Positions 1 through 8,667 of a stretch of DNA of 59,354 nucleotides are shown in pieces. The DNA comes from an uncultured Christensenella sp. (lineage in GTDB: Bacteria; Bacillota; Clostridia; Christensenellales; UBA3700), in NCBI GenBank assembly GCA_910577795.1, contig CAJTNW010000006.1, positions 1 to 59,354 of the forward strand, in the 5' to 3' direction. Numbering within the stretch: the first letter of the stretch is position 1; each line of letters begins with the position of its first letter. The position numbers and the translations under genes were made by a program. The notes under the pieces are model-generated. The model searched no databases, was not told the DNA's origin, and was given only the letters and a program-made list of their open reading frames with translations.

Positions 1-15
1 TTCCTCTTTTACCCC

Positions 16-28
16 CGATTTTTGATAG
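16..28 (+). repeat. Copy of strand-polar motif CGATTTTTGATAG (intergenic)
   Basis: Exact 13-mer read at 16-28 (cccCCGATTTTTGATAGta). One of at least 11 same-strand copies of the core CGATTTTTGA. Confidence 0.9.
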
Positions 29-73
29 TATATTTGAATAAATCTTACTTTTACACTAAATCAAACTTTACAC

Positions 74-121
74 AAAAACAAACACACTGAAAAGCAGTTG
101 TTTTAGTGTGTTTGTTTTTTA
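74..121. terminator. Bidirectional intrinsic terminator downstream of the AEC transporter gene
   Basis: 13-bp perfect stem AAACAAACACACT (76-88) / AGTGTGTTTGTTT (105-117), flanked by an A-run and a T-run. Confidence 0.8.
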
Positions 122-191
122 TTTGTCCTTTATTTCGTTTTTAATTTTTAGAATAGTTATGGCTTATATTATATATTATTTTTAAGCATTG

Positions 192-1154
192 TTATTTAAT
201 TGCATAAATATCTGGCACGGCATTCATAATTAAAGCCATTAAAGGCAAAGTTATAATGCTTAAAATTGTACCTAATAAAACTAAGTTTGCAGCAGTTTTT
301 TGTCCCTTACCTAACATTTCTGCAAAGTTTAAAGTTATGCTTGCAACAGGTGTTGCGGCTAAAATAAATAGAGACTGACGAATATAAAAATCTATAGGAA
401 TAAACCAAATTAAAATTAACCCAAGCAAGGGCATTAATATTTGTTTAACACCAACAATTGCATATTGGAATGGGGAGCAAAACATTTCCTTAAATGTTAT
501 TGTTGCAAGTCGCATACCTAAAATAATCATACATAAAGGTGTCGTCATTTTGCCAAGTAATTCCACACAAGTAAAAATCTCTGTTGGCAATTTTGCCCCA
601 CAAATAAATAATGGTAACCCAATAACTAAACCTAACATTGCGGGATTAATAAAGGCTTTTTTAGCACTTATAAACTTTTTATCACCACTTATTAAATAAG
701 AGGCAAATGTCCAACCAATAAGATTAAGACCTAATAAAAACATTACTGATAAAACTACTGCATTGTTTCGCACATCTTCTGGCATAATTGCTTGCAATAG
801 TGGTACTCCCATAAAGCCACAGTTACCAAAAGCCGTTGCAACAGTTGCCACACGATATTTTATATCCTTATCATAATTCTTTTTTAAACAAAAATATGCT
901 ATTATGATAACACCTAATTGCAATACACCAGCAAGCACAAAAGCAACTATCATTTGCCAAAAAAAGTTTAAGGAAAACTGAGCATTTAAAAAAGATGTGA
1001 TAGTAAGCATAGGCTGGCATACATACATAAGCACTACTGAAAAAGCAGAAATACTTTCAGGTTTTATTAATTTGCATTTTACGGTTAAAAATCCCGGCAC
1101 AGCATAAGCAAGCATAGTTGCAACTGCTATTGCTGTAGTAATTAAAACTTGCAT
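192..1154 (-). CDS. AEC (auxin efflux carrier / malate-permease-like) family membrane transporter
   Basis: 320-aa polytopic hydrophobic ORF (MQVLITTAIAVATMLAY...) with about 10 TM segments. GGGAGG RBS just upstream of the ATG. Family assigned by overall resemblance only. Confidence 0.65.
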   Translation of the reverse strand: MQVLITTAIAVATMLAYAVPGFLTVKCKLIKPESISAFSVVLMYVCQPMLTITSFLNAQFSLNFFWQMIVAFVLAGVLQLGVIIIAYFCLKKNYDKDIKYRVATVATAFGNCGFMGVPLLQAIMPEDVRNNAVVLSVMFLLGLNLIGWTFASYLISGDKKFISAKKAFINPAMLGLVIGLPLFICGAKLPTEIFTCVELLGKMTTPLCMIILGMRLATITFKEMFCSPFQYAIVGVKQILMPLLGLILIWFIPIDFYIRQSLFILAATPVASITLNFAEMLGKGQKTAANLVLLGTILSIITLPLMALIMNAVPDIYAIK

Positions 1155-1272
1155 ATTCTACCTCCCACCGCAATATTAAACTTTTTATTAAAAATTTGCA
1201 AGCATTTTTATATTAAATTTTATTATTTTTCTACAAAAATTGCTAAAATAATACATAAATATAAACTTGAAA

Positions 1273-1302
1273 CAAAAAATGGCGGATTTATATATCTGCC
1301 AT
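1273..1302 (-). terminator. Intrinsic terminator after the HAD gene (end of the thiD-thiC-HAD unit)
   Basis: Stem ATGGCGGAT (1279-1287) / ATCTGCCAT (1294-1302), followed by a T6 run on the minus strand. Confidence 0.8.
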
Positions 1303-1311
1303 CATTTTATT

Positions 1312-1962
1312 TTATAACAATTCATTGAATCCTTTTATATACATGTCAGAAATATTTTTTATCTCTTGACTATCTGATGCGGACTCCTTGTCATACACTC
1401 CAACTACAAAAAATCCCCCTGCTTTTGCACCAGTTATACCTTTTAAAATATCCTCAAACACCACACATTCACTTGGCATAAACTTAGTATGACTTATTGC
1501 TTTTAAGTATATATCTGGAAAACCTTTACCTCTTTTTACTTGTTCGCTATTAACCACCCTATCAAAATATTGTAAAATACCATTTCGCTCTAATGCAGGA
1601 ATTGCAAGTTCAAGGCTAAGTGAAGTTGCAACAGACATTGATATATTTTGACTTTTTAGTTTTTGCAAAAATTCAGTGACAGAGGGTTTTAGCATAATTT
1701 TATTACAATATGCTTCCTTTGCCATCTCTAGCCATTCACTTATCAATTGCTCCGGACTATCTTTTAGATTAAATCTTTTTATTGAATACAATGCTGTGTC
1801 CAAAACACTTAAGTGATTAATACATTTCATATAATCTGCAGGTACTTCTATTCCGCGTTTTGATAGGTAATCATAATCAATTTGCTTCCATAACCACATA
1901 GAATCAAACATAGTTCCGTCCAAATCAAACACTGCATACTTTATATTACTTGGTAAATTCAT
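1312..1962 (-). CDS. HAD-IA family hydrolase, putative thiamine monophosphate phosphatase (by context)
   Basis: HAD motif I FDLDGTMFDS near the N-terminus, 216 aa. The start ATG overlaps the thiC stop (TAATG), placing it in the TPP-riboswitch-controlled unit. Confidence 0.7.
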   Translation of the reverse strand: MNLPSNIKYAVFDLDGTMFDSMWLWKQIDYDYLSKRGIEVPADYMKCINHLSVLDTALYSIKRFNLKDSPEQLISEWLEMAKEAYCNKIMLKPSVTEFLQKLKSQNISMSVATSLSLELAIPALERNGILQYFDRVVNSEQVKRGKGFPDIYLKAISHTKFMPSECVVFEDILKGITGAKAGGFFVVGVYDKESASDSQEIKNISDMYIKGFNELL

Positions 1963-3275
1963 TAATTTTCCTCTTTCAATTTTATCTTTTTGCCATCAAG
2001 TATCATATTGGTTGTTCTAATAGCACACATTTTGCCACACATTGAACAAGTATGTCTATTTTTTGGCGGAACACTTTCGTAATAAGCACGTGCTTTTTCA
2101 GGGTCTATTGCATATTTAAACATACCCTCATAATCAACTTTATGTCTGCAGTCAGACATTTTATTATCTATTTCCCTAGCATAAGGAATACCTTTTGCAA
2201 TATCTGCAGCATGAGCGGCAATTTTTGTTGCAATAAGTCCCTCTTTAACGTCATTAACATCTGGTAATCTTAAATGCTCGGCAGGAGTAACATAACACAA
2301 AAAGTCTGCCCCATTTGATGCTGCTATTGCACCACCTATGGCAGCGGTTATATGGTCATAACCGGGTGCAATATCTGTAACCAATGGTCCAAGCACATAA
2401 AAAGGTGCGTTATGACATAACTTCTTTTCCATTTGCATATTGCTTGCAATTTCATTTAATGCCATGTGTCCAGGGCCTTCTATCATAACTTGAACGTCTC
2501 TATCCCATGCCCTTTTTGTCAAATATCCAAGTTCTATTAATTCCCCAATTTGTCCAGCATCAGTACTATCATCAATACAACCTGGTCTCATTGCATCGCC
2601 AAGACTTATAGTAACATCATACTTTCTTAAAATATCTAATACTTTATCATAATATTCGTAAAAAGGATTTTCATTGCCAGTCATTTGCATCCAAGCAAAA
2701 AGCAAAGAGCCACCACGAGAGACAATATTCATTCTTCTGCCTTCACGCATAAATCCTTCTACCACTCTTTTATTAATACCAGCATGTATGGTAACAAAAT
2801 CTACACCTTGCTTTGCATGTGCTTCCACCACTTCCAAAAAATCTTCGGCTGTTATATCTAGCAAATCTTTTTCCAAATATCCAATTGCATCATACATAGG
2901 TACAGTACCTATCATTGCAGTTGACTTTTCTATCAATTTACCTCTAAATAAATTGGTTTTGCCACAATTAGACAAATCCATTATTCCTTCAGCACCATAT
3001 TTTAAAGCAATATCAACTTTTTGCATTTCTAATTCATAATCTTTAAAATCGCCTGAAACACCCAAATTGACATTGACTTTAGTTTTAAGTCCACTACCAA
3101 CACCTTCTGGGGATATATTTTTATGATTTATATTACAAGGAATAGCAACTTCTCCACAAGCCACTTTTTGCATAATATATTCTGCAGTTAATTGTTCTTT
3201 TTCTGCAACTATCATCATTTCTGGGGTAATAATACCTTTTTTTGCTGCTTCCATTTGTGTTGCATATCCTCTCAT
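1962..3275 (-). CDS. thiC: Phosphomethylpyrimidine synthase ThiC
   Basis: 437 aa, [20 protein letters not shown]... with a C-terminal CSMCG...C cluster motif typical of radical-SAM ThiC. GGAGG RBS. Confidence 0.95.
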   Translation of the reverse strand: MRGYATQMEAAKKGIITPEMMIVAEKEQLTAEYIMQKVACGEVAIPCNINHKNISPEGVGSGLKTKVNVNLGVSGDFKDYELEMQKVDIALKYGAEGIMDLSNCGKTNLFRGKLIEKSTAMIGTVPMYDAIGYLEKDLLDITAEDFLEVVEAHAKQGVDFVTIHAGINKRVVEGFMREGRRMNIVSRGGSLLFAWMQMTGNENPFYEYYDKVLDILRKYDVTISLGDAMRPGCIDDSTDAGQIGELIELGYLTKRAWDRDVQVMIEGPGHMALNEIASNMQMEKKLCHNAPFYVLGPLVTDIAPGYDHITAAIGGAIAASNGADFLCYVTPAEHLRLPDVNDVKEGLIATKIAAHAADIAKGIPYAREIDNKMSDCRHKVDYEGMFKYAIDPEKARAYYESVPPKNRHTCSMCGKMCAIRTTNMILDGKKIKLKEEN

Positions 3276-3339
3276 AAAAACCTCCTAAAACTAATAAATA
3301 ATATATTTATTTAATACTTCATATAAAAATTCTTCTAAT

Positions 3340-3355
3340 TAATACCGATTTTTGT
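3340..3355 (+). repeat. Variant copy of the polar motif (TAATACCGATTTTTGT), thiD-thiC spacer
   Basis: Shares TAATACCGATTTTTG with the intergenic consensus, with one mismatch in the core. It abuts the thiD stop codon. Confidence 0.7.
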
Positions 3356-3359
3356 ACTA

Positions 3360-4145
3360 TTATTTATAAAATTTCCAAAAATGGTTAGTTGGGCCATTGC
3401 CTTTTCCTAAATCTAAAGCATTTTGAATTGCTCCAGTAACATACTCTTTTGCAAGACGCACACTATCATAAATACTATGCCCTAAAGCAAGATTACTTGC
3501 TATGCTACTTGACAATGTACAACCTGTACCATGTGTGTTTTTTGTATTTATCCTTTCAGTTACAAAAGTATAAAACTCTTTACCATCATAAAGGATATCC
3601 ATTGCATCACCATCATAATGACCACCCTTGATAAGCACATTTTTAACACCAGTATTGTATATTTTTAAACATGCAGTTTTCAAATCATTTCTGTTTTGAA
3701 TTTTCATACCAGCAATACATTCCGCCTCTGGAATATTTGGTGTAATTATTGTAGCAATTGGAACTATGGTTTTTAGCAAAACTTCAATACTGCTCTCTGG
3801 CATTAATGGTGAGCCGTTTTTTGCATACATTACAGGGTCTACCACAATATTTTTAGGTTTATATTCCATAAGTTTATTGTAAACCGCATTTATTGTATCC
3901 GGGCAAGACAGCATACCTATTTTTACCGCCTCAACTTTTATATCCTCAAAAACTGCTGTCAATTGGTCGCAAATTATTTGAGGTTTTATATCTTGTATAG
4001 AAATAACTCTAGAAGTATTTTCTGCAACTACTGCCACTATTACACTCATTCCAAATATGCCGTGTGCAGACATTGTTTTTAAATCCGCTTGAATACCTGC
4101 TCCACCACTGCAGTCAGACCCCGCTATTGTTAGTGCTGTGTACAT
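3360..4145 (-). CDS. thiD: Hydroxymethylpyrimidine/phosphomethylpyrimidine kinase ThiD
   Basis: MYTALTIAGSDCSGGAGIQADLKT... The ATG at 4145 is preceded by GAGGAGG. The longer ORF-track start (4247) would run through the riboswitch terminator. Confidence 0.93.
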   Translation of the reverse strand: MYTALTIAGSDCSGGAGIQADLKTMSAHGIFGMSVIVAVVAENTSRVISIQDIKPQIICDQLTAVFEDIKVEAVKIGMLSCPDTINAVYNKLMEYKPKNIVVDPVMYAKNGSPLMPESSIEVLLKTIVPIATIITPNIPEAECIAGMKIQNRNDLKTACLKIYNTGVKNVLIKGGHYDGDAMDILYDGKEFYTFVTERINTKNTHGTGCTLSSSIASNLALGHSIYDSVRLAKEYVTGAIQNALDLGKGNGPTNHFWKFYK

Positions 4146-4149
4146 AAAT

Positions 4150-4283
4150 ACCTCCTCAAAAAAATTGCCCTCCAAAATGAGGGCAAAATTAATACTTATT
4201 TTGCTCCCTTCACTGGTATTAACCAACAGGTTCAAAGGGTTGAGCATTTTGCTCTCTCAACTAAAAATAGTACCCCTGCACAA
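4150..4283 (-). promoter_or_regulatory. TPP (THI-box) riboswitch with terminator expression platform
   Basis: The minus strand reads GCAGGGGTAC..TTGAGAGAG..ACCCTTTGAACCTGTTGGTTAATACCAGTGAAGGGAGC. Hairpin TTGCCCTC-attttg-GAGGGCAA plus a T7 run follows, immediately before the thiD RBS. Confidence 0.9.
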
Positions 4284-4285
4284 TT

Positions 4286-4314
4286 AGTATATAACATTTT
4301 TATTAAATTGTAAA
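4286..4314 (-). promoter_or_regulatory. Sigma-A-type promoter for the TPP riboswitch-thiD-thiC-HAD unit
   Basis: Minus strand TTTACA (4314-4309), 17 nt, TATACT (4291-4286), just upstream of the riboswitch P1. Confidence 0.55.
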
Positions 4315-4364
4315 GACTTTTTTAAAGCATTGCATTTTATTGCTTGCACTTGCAAAATATTATT

Positions 4365-4916
4365 TTAAAATGTAAGTTTCATAGCACTACTCATAATAGC
4401 AAAGTCAATTGCTCCATTTTGTAAAACCAATTTATAATTATTGCTATTTATGCCACCTATTGCCATAACAGGAATGGTTGCAATATCACATATCTTTTCA
4501 AGTTGTTTTAAACCTCTTGGTGTTAACCCCACCTTGCAGTCTGTTTCAAAAATATGTCCAAAAACCAAATTAGTTGCAAATAGTTTTTCTGCAATTTTCA
4601 CCTCTTTTTCGTTATGAATAGATACAGAAATTTTGTCAAAACAATTTTTAGAGTCGATTTTTGATAGATTATTTATATTAGTATGAAAATTTTTGACACC
4701 TAACTCTTTTGCAATTTGATATCTATGACAGATAAATAATTCAACATTGTTTTGCATACATATAGGAATTATTTTCTTTGCTAAAGCCATATATTCTTTA
4801 TCATCAGCATCTTTTTCACGCAAAAATATAGACTTTGGTTTGTATTTATTAATACACTCAATAACAATTTTATCTGCAGGCATAACTGCGTTTTTAAAAT
4901 CAGTAAAAATTACCAT
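4365..4916 (-). CDS. tenI: Thiazole tautomerase TenI (ThiE-fold paralog)
   Basis: 183 aa. The block NLVFGHIFETDCKVGLTPRG closely matches my recollection of B. subtilis TenI ([20 protein letters not shown]). AIGGI motif present. Last gene of the thiS operon. Confidence 0.75.
   Translation of the reverse strand: MVIFTDFKNAVMPADKIVIECINKYKPKSIFLREKDADDKEYMALAKKIIPICMQNNVELFICHRYQIAKELGVKNFHTNINNLSKIDSKNCFDKISVSIHNEKEVKIAEKLFATNLVFGHIFETDCKVGLTPRGLKQLEKICDIATIPVMAIGGINSNNYKLVLQNGAIDFAIMSSAMKLTF
4655..4667 (+). repeat. Copy of the polar motif CGATTTTTGATAG inside tenI
   Basis: Exact 13-mer. It encodes LSKID on the minus strand. Confidence 0.85.
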
Positions 4917-4926
4917 TTATCACCTT

Positions 4927-6084
4927 TTATATTAAATATTGACTATCCGTAAATATAGGTTGCAAACCTTTTTTTTCTAACATTTCCTTTACTTCTTCTA
5001 GATTACGTGAATCTGAAATGTCAAATTGTTCATCACCTTTTTCCTCACCATCATGCCCGCCAACACCTACTTTAGAACCTGCAGATATTTTATTGCAAGC
5101 AAGTCCAACAACACCATCTCTAAAAGATTTTTGTTCTCTTGTAGATATATTAATTGTTGCATAAGGCATAAGCAATCTATATGCCAAAATAACTTGTAAC
5201 AATTGTCTTTCGTGCACATCTCTTGGATTATTCTCACTATTGTTTATATAAGGTCTCATTCTTGGACAACTAAAACTAATTTCTGCATAAGGGTATTTTT
5301 TTTGCACATAAAAGGCATGACAGCCTACCGCATACGCATCTTTTCGCCAGTCATCTAAACCTAATAACGCACCAAAGCACACACCACGCATACCACCCAT
5401 TAAAGCACGTTCTTGTGCGTTAAATCTGTATGGGAATACTCGTTTTGAGCCTAGTAAATGTTGCTCTGCATATTTATCCTTATTATAAGTTTCTTGATAC
5501 ACACTAACATAATCTGCACCCAACTTATTTAGATAAGCATATTCATCACTATTAAGAGGATAAATTTCTATACCAATTGTGGAAAAATATTTTTTTGCAA
5601 TTGTAACTGCTTTTCCAATATACTCCACACTTGATTTTTTTCTACTCTCACCTGTAAGCAACAATATTTCCTTAAATCCTTGTTTTGCAATTGACTGCAA
5701 TTCTTGTTCTATCTCTTTTTCAGTAAGTGCTGCTCTGTGTATTTTATTCATACAATTAAAACCACAATACACACAATGATTCTCGCAATAATTTGCTATA
5801 TAAAGAGGTGTATACAAACTTATTGTATTACCAAAATGCTTAAATGTTTCTGTTTTTGCACGCACAGCCATTTCTTCCAAAAACGCACCTGCTACTGGTG
5901 ATAATAATACGGCATAATCATTTAAATCAAGTATTTCTTTATTTAATACTTTTTTTACATTTTCACTTGTATAAATATTATAATCAAAATTATTATACAA
6001 ATTTTCCACTTTATCCAATATCTCATGACTAGTTATTTCCATACCATCAAGATATTGCATAATATCGCTATTGGCATTTTTCAT
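4927..6084 (-). CDS. thiH: 2-iminoacetate synthase ThiH (radical SAM tyrosine lyase)
   Basis: 385 aa with CENHCVYCGF radical-SAM cluster motif. Lies between thiG and tenI. Confidence 0.92.
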   Translation of the reverse strand: MKNANSDIMQYLDGMEITSHEILDKVENLYNNFDYNIYTSENVKKVLNKEILDLNDYAVLLSPVAGAFLEEMAVRAKTETFKHFGNTISLYTPLYIANYCENHCVYCGFNCMNKIHRAALTEKEIEQELQSIAKQGFKEILLLTGESRKKSSVEYIGKAVTIAKKYFSTIGIEIYPLNSDEYAYLNKLGADYVSVYQETYNKDKYAEQHLLGSKRVFPYRFNAQERALMGGMRGVCFGALLGLDDWRKDAYAVGCHAFYVQKKYPYAEISFSCPRMRPYINNSENNPRDVHERQLLQVILAYRLLMPYATINISTREQKSFRDGVVGLACNKISAGSKVGVGGHDGEEKGDEQFDISDSRNLEEVKEMLEKKGLQPIFTDSQYLI

Positions 6085-6855
6085 TTAATCCTCCAAAAAA
6101 CCTACAAGTGGGCTTGATGCTTCGGCTTTGCCCTCAAGTACTCTACCTGTGCCTGCAAGATATGCCTCTCTTCCTGCAATAATTGCATTTTTAAAAGCCT
6201 TTGCCATAATATCCACATTGCCAGCCGTTGCAATAGCAGTATTAGCCATAACAGCACTAACCCCCATTTCCATTGCTGCACATGCTTCTGATGGTCTGCC
6301 AATTCCTGCATCTACTATAATTGGCAAATCAATTTCATCAACAAGTATTTTAATAAAATCTTTTGTCCTAAGTCCTTTGTTAGTTCCAATAGGTGCAGCA
6401 AGTGGCATTACTGCACTTGCACCTGCAGATACCAAATCCCTTGCTACATACAAGTCAGGATACATATATGGCATTACAATAAAACCTTCTTTAGAAAGTA
6501 TTTCTGTCGCTTTTATAGTTTCGGCATTATTAGGCAAAAGATATTTGCTATCACCAATTATTTCTAGTTTGACAAAATCACCGCAACCAACTTCTCTTGC
6601 AAGTCTTGCAATTCTAACAGCCTCTTCTGCCGTTCTTGCACCAGAAGTGTTAGGAAGCAGTGTAATATTTTTTGGGATATAATCCAATATATTATTTTGT
6701 CCACCAATATTTGCTCTACGAAGTGCAACTGTTACCATTTCCACTTCTGCATTATCTATCACTGACTGCATAAACTTTAGTGAAAATTTGCCAGACCCCA
6801 AAATAAATCTGGAATTAAATTGCTTTCCACCAATAACTAATTTATCATCTTTCAT
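6085..6855 (-). CDS. thiG: Thiazole synthase ThiG
   Basis: 256 aa, [20 protein letters not shown]...LLPNTSGA...[11 protein letters not shown], the canonical ThiG sequence. Confidence 0.95.
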   Translation of the reverse strand: MKDDKLVIGGKQFNSRFILGSGKFSLKFMQSVIDNAEVEMVTVALRRANIGGQNNILDYIPKNITLLPNTSGARTAEEAVRIARLAREVGCGDFVKLEIIGDSKYLLPNNAETIKATEILSKEGFIVMPYMYPDLYVARDLVSAGASAVMPLAAPIGTNKGLRTKDFIKILVDEIDLPIIVDAGIGRPSEACAAMEMGVSAVMANTAIATAGNVDIMAKAFKNAIIAGREAYLAGTGRVLEGKAEASSPLVGFLED

Positions 6856-6874
6856 AAAAGGCTCCTTTTTATTA

Positions 6875-6893
6875 TAATACCGATTTTTGATAG
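6875..6893 (+). repeat. Full-length copy of the polar motif TAATACCGATTTTTGATAG (thiF-thiG spacer)
   Basis: Exact 19-mer, identical to the copy at 58435-58453. Confidence 0.9.
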
Positions 6894-6910
6894 TTTATCT
6901 TAATTTTAAA

Positions 6911-7699
6911 TCAACATTCTACCTCACCAAGCAAAATTCTTGCAACCATATTTGCTTGATGTGCTGCACATATATTTACACGTGGTGACATAAGACTCAA
7001 ACCTTCCTTTGCTTCGCTTTGCATATCCCCGCATATATATAATCTGGACATAGGCTTATTAGTTTTTATTAAATTACTGCTACCTATACCTGCCATACCA
7101 GAACTTGCAACCACAATTTTGTCGCTACCTGCAAGTATTGTATTGACTATTTCTGCCTTTGATTTTGCACTATCAAAGGCCTCAACTACTATGTCTGCAC
7201 ATTCTATTATTTCAAGAATATTTTTGCTATTTACAAAAACATTCTTTTTTACAATTTGTACATAAGGGTTTATTTTTAGTAAAATATTAGTTGTTGCATC
7301 TGTTTTTAAACTTCCAATATCACTTACAAAATAATTTTGTCTGTTTAAATTTGTTGGGTCAACTATATCATAGTCAACAAGTATTAATTTACCTATACCA
7401 AGTCTTGTAAGCATTTCTGCTATATTTGAACCTAATCCACCTAGTCCGCAAATACACACGCAAGATTTGTTTAATTTGTCACTAGCATCTTTGCCGTTTC
7501 TTGCAAATATCATTTGATTAAAATCTTCCTTATTTGGTACTTGTCCAGATTTTACTGCAACAATATTATCCCCTTCAAACAATTCAGTTTGCTTGGTTAT
7601 ACCATAACCATTTCTTACAAAAACATCAAAGTCCCCAATATCTTTTGCAGTGCTACCTTTTGGCATATTAATTATTTTACCATTACAAATAATTTGCAA
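6911..7699 (-). CDS. thiF: ThiS adenylyltransferase ThiF with an N-terminal ThiS-like (beta-grasp) extension
   Basis: E1-like Rossmann motif ICGLGGLGSNIAEMLTRLGIGKLILVDYDIVDPTNLNRQ. About 65 extra N-terminal residues (MQIICNGKIINMP...FEGDNIVAV). Confidence 0.88.
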   Translation of the reverse strand: MQIICNGKIINMPKGSTAKDIGDFDVFVRNGYGITKQTELFEGDNIVAVKSGQVPNKEDFNQMIFARNGKDASDKLNKSCVCICGLGGLGSNIAEMLTRLGIGKLILVDYDIVDPTNLNRQNYFVSDIGSLKTDATTNILLKINPYVQIVKKNVFVNSKNILEIIECADIVVEAFDSAKSKAEIVNTILAGSDKIVVASSGMAGIGSSNLIKTNKPMSRLYICGDMQSEAKEGLSLMSPRVNICAAHQANMVARILLGEVEC

Positions 7700-7701
7700 A
7701 A

Positions 7702-7896
7702 TCAGCCACCCCCTACAAAACTAACTATTTCTACCACATCTCCATCATGCAAAGTAGTATTAACATAATCTGCTTTTTTTACTATATTTCCATTAAGTTC
7801 CACTGCTACAACTTCAATTTTGTATCCGCAACTTTTTAAATATTCCATTAAATTTAAATTGTTTAAATCTTTATTTTCGCCATTAATTTTAATCAT
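7702..7896 (-). CDS. thiS: Sulfur carrier protein ThiS
   Basis: 64 aa, MIKINGENKDL...VVEIVSFVGGG with the C-terminal GG. ATG at 7896. The ORF-track extension runs into the leader terminator. Confidence 0.9.
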   Translation of the reverse strand: MIKINGENKDLNNLNLMEYLKSCGYKIEVVAVELNGNIVKKADYVNTTLHDGDVVEIVSFVGGG

Positions 7897-7973
7897 AAAA
7901 CCCTTTCCCAATAAAAAATTGACATACAAACGAATACGCCCTTTTGGTGGTGTACCCCATTTATATGTCTTCC
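7897..7973 (-). promoter_or_regulatory. thiS leader: long imperfect terminator hairpin plus U-tract; candidate HMP-PP (thiS-motif) riboswitch
   Basis: Minus strand GACATATAAA-TGGGGTACACCACCAAAAGGGCGTATTCG-TTTGTATGTC followed by AATTTTTT. No TPP-box motifs. Sits directly upstream of thiS. Confidence 0.5.
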
Positions 7974-7980
7974 CTTAATA

Positions 7981-8009
7981 AATTTTATCATTTTTTATAA
8001 AATCTGTCA
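7981..8009 (-). promoter_or_regulatory. Sigma-A-type promoter of the thiS operon
   Basis: Minus strand TTGACA (8009-8004), 17 nt, TAAAAT (7986-7981). Confidence 0.65.
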
Positions 8010-8037
8010 ATATTTATAAATAAATATACAAATAAAA

Positions 8038-8667
8038 TTAGTAAATTATTTTTTGCAACTTATTTTTTAAGTCTTGTGTTGCAGCACTTACATTTTTTGC
8101 TTTTAAAATACTTGATATAACTGCTATTCCTGCAATACCACTACCATTAAGTTTTACCATATTTTCTATTGATATACCGCCAATTGCAACTACAGGGATG
8201 CTTACATTATCGCAAATATTTTTTAATATATCCAAACTTATAGGCTTTGCATCTTGTTTGGTAGTTGTACCAAACACCGCACCTACTCCAAGGTAATCTG
8301 CCCCTTGCTTTTCTACAAGTTTTGCTAAATTTAAGTCTCGTGCAGATGCTCCTATAATTTTATTATTACCTAATATTTTGCGAGCCATTGCTATATCACA
8401 GTCACAACTGCCTAAATGCACACCCGCTGCATCAACTGCAAGACACACCTCTACACTATCATTTATAATTAAAGGAATATTGTATTTATCACAAACTTTT
8501 TTCATTTGTTTGGCTTTTTCGCAAAACTCTTCAAAAGATGCTTGTTTTTCCCTTAATTGTACCATGGTTACACCTGATTTTATTGCAGTTTCAACAATTT
8601 CTTCCAATTTATCCCCTGCCATTTTTCTATCAGTAACCAAATATAACATTAAATCAGACTCTAACAT
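8038..8667 (-). CDS. thiE: Thiamine-phosphate synthase ThiE
   Basis: 209 aa with LYLVTDR, VQLREK, GVHLG, GASA, YLGVGAVFGTTTK and AIGGI motifs. The start abuts the stop of the upstream ORF (TAAATG). Confidence 0.93.
   Translation of the reverse strand: MLESDLMLYLVTDRKMAGDKLEEIVETAIKSGVTMVQLREKQASFEEFCEKAKQMKKVCDKYNIPLIINDSVEVCLAVDAAGVHLGSCDCDIAMARKILGNNKIIGASARDLNLAKLVEKQGADYLGVGAVFGTTTKQDAKPISLDILKNICDNVSIPVVAIGGISIENMVKLNGSGIAGIAVISSILKAKNVSAATQDLKNKLQKIIY

Noticed and set aside
4146-4247. N-terminal extensions in the ORF track: thiD to 4247, thiS to 7929, rpsD to 30863, infA to 32190, rplD to 43573, metG to 16009, MFS to 28148, and others.
   Set aside because: Internal ATGs with proper GGAGG-type RBS and conserved protein N-termini fit better. 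The extensions run through riboswitch or terminator structures or the upstream genes. Several use GTG or TTG with no RBS.
6128-6682. 184-aa ORF antisense to thiG (with a 69-aa ORF at 6102-6311 in another frame)
   Set aside because: It lies entirely inside the well-supported thiG CDS and is Ala/Ser/Ile/Leu-rich low complexity, typical of a shadow frame. There is no RBS and no family resemblance.
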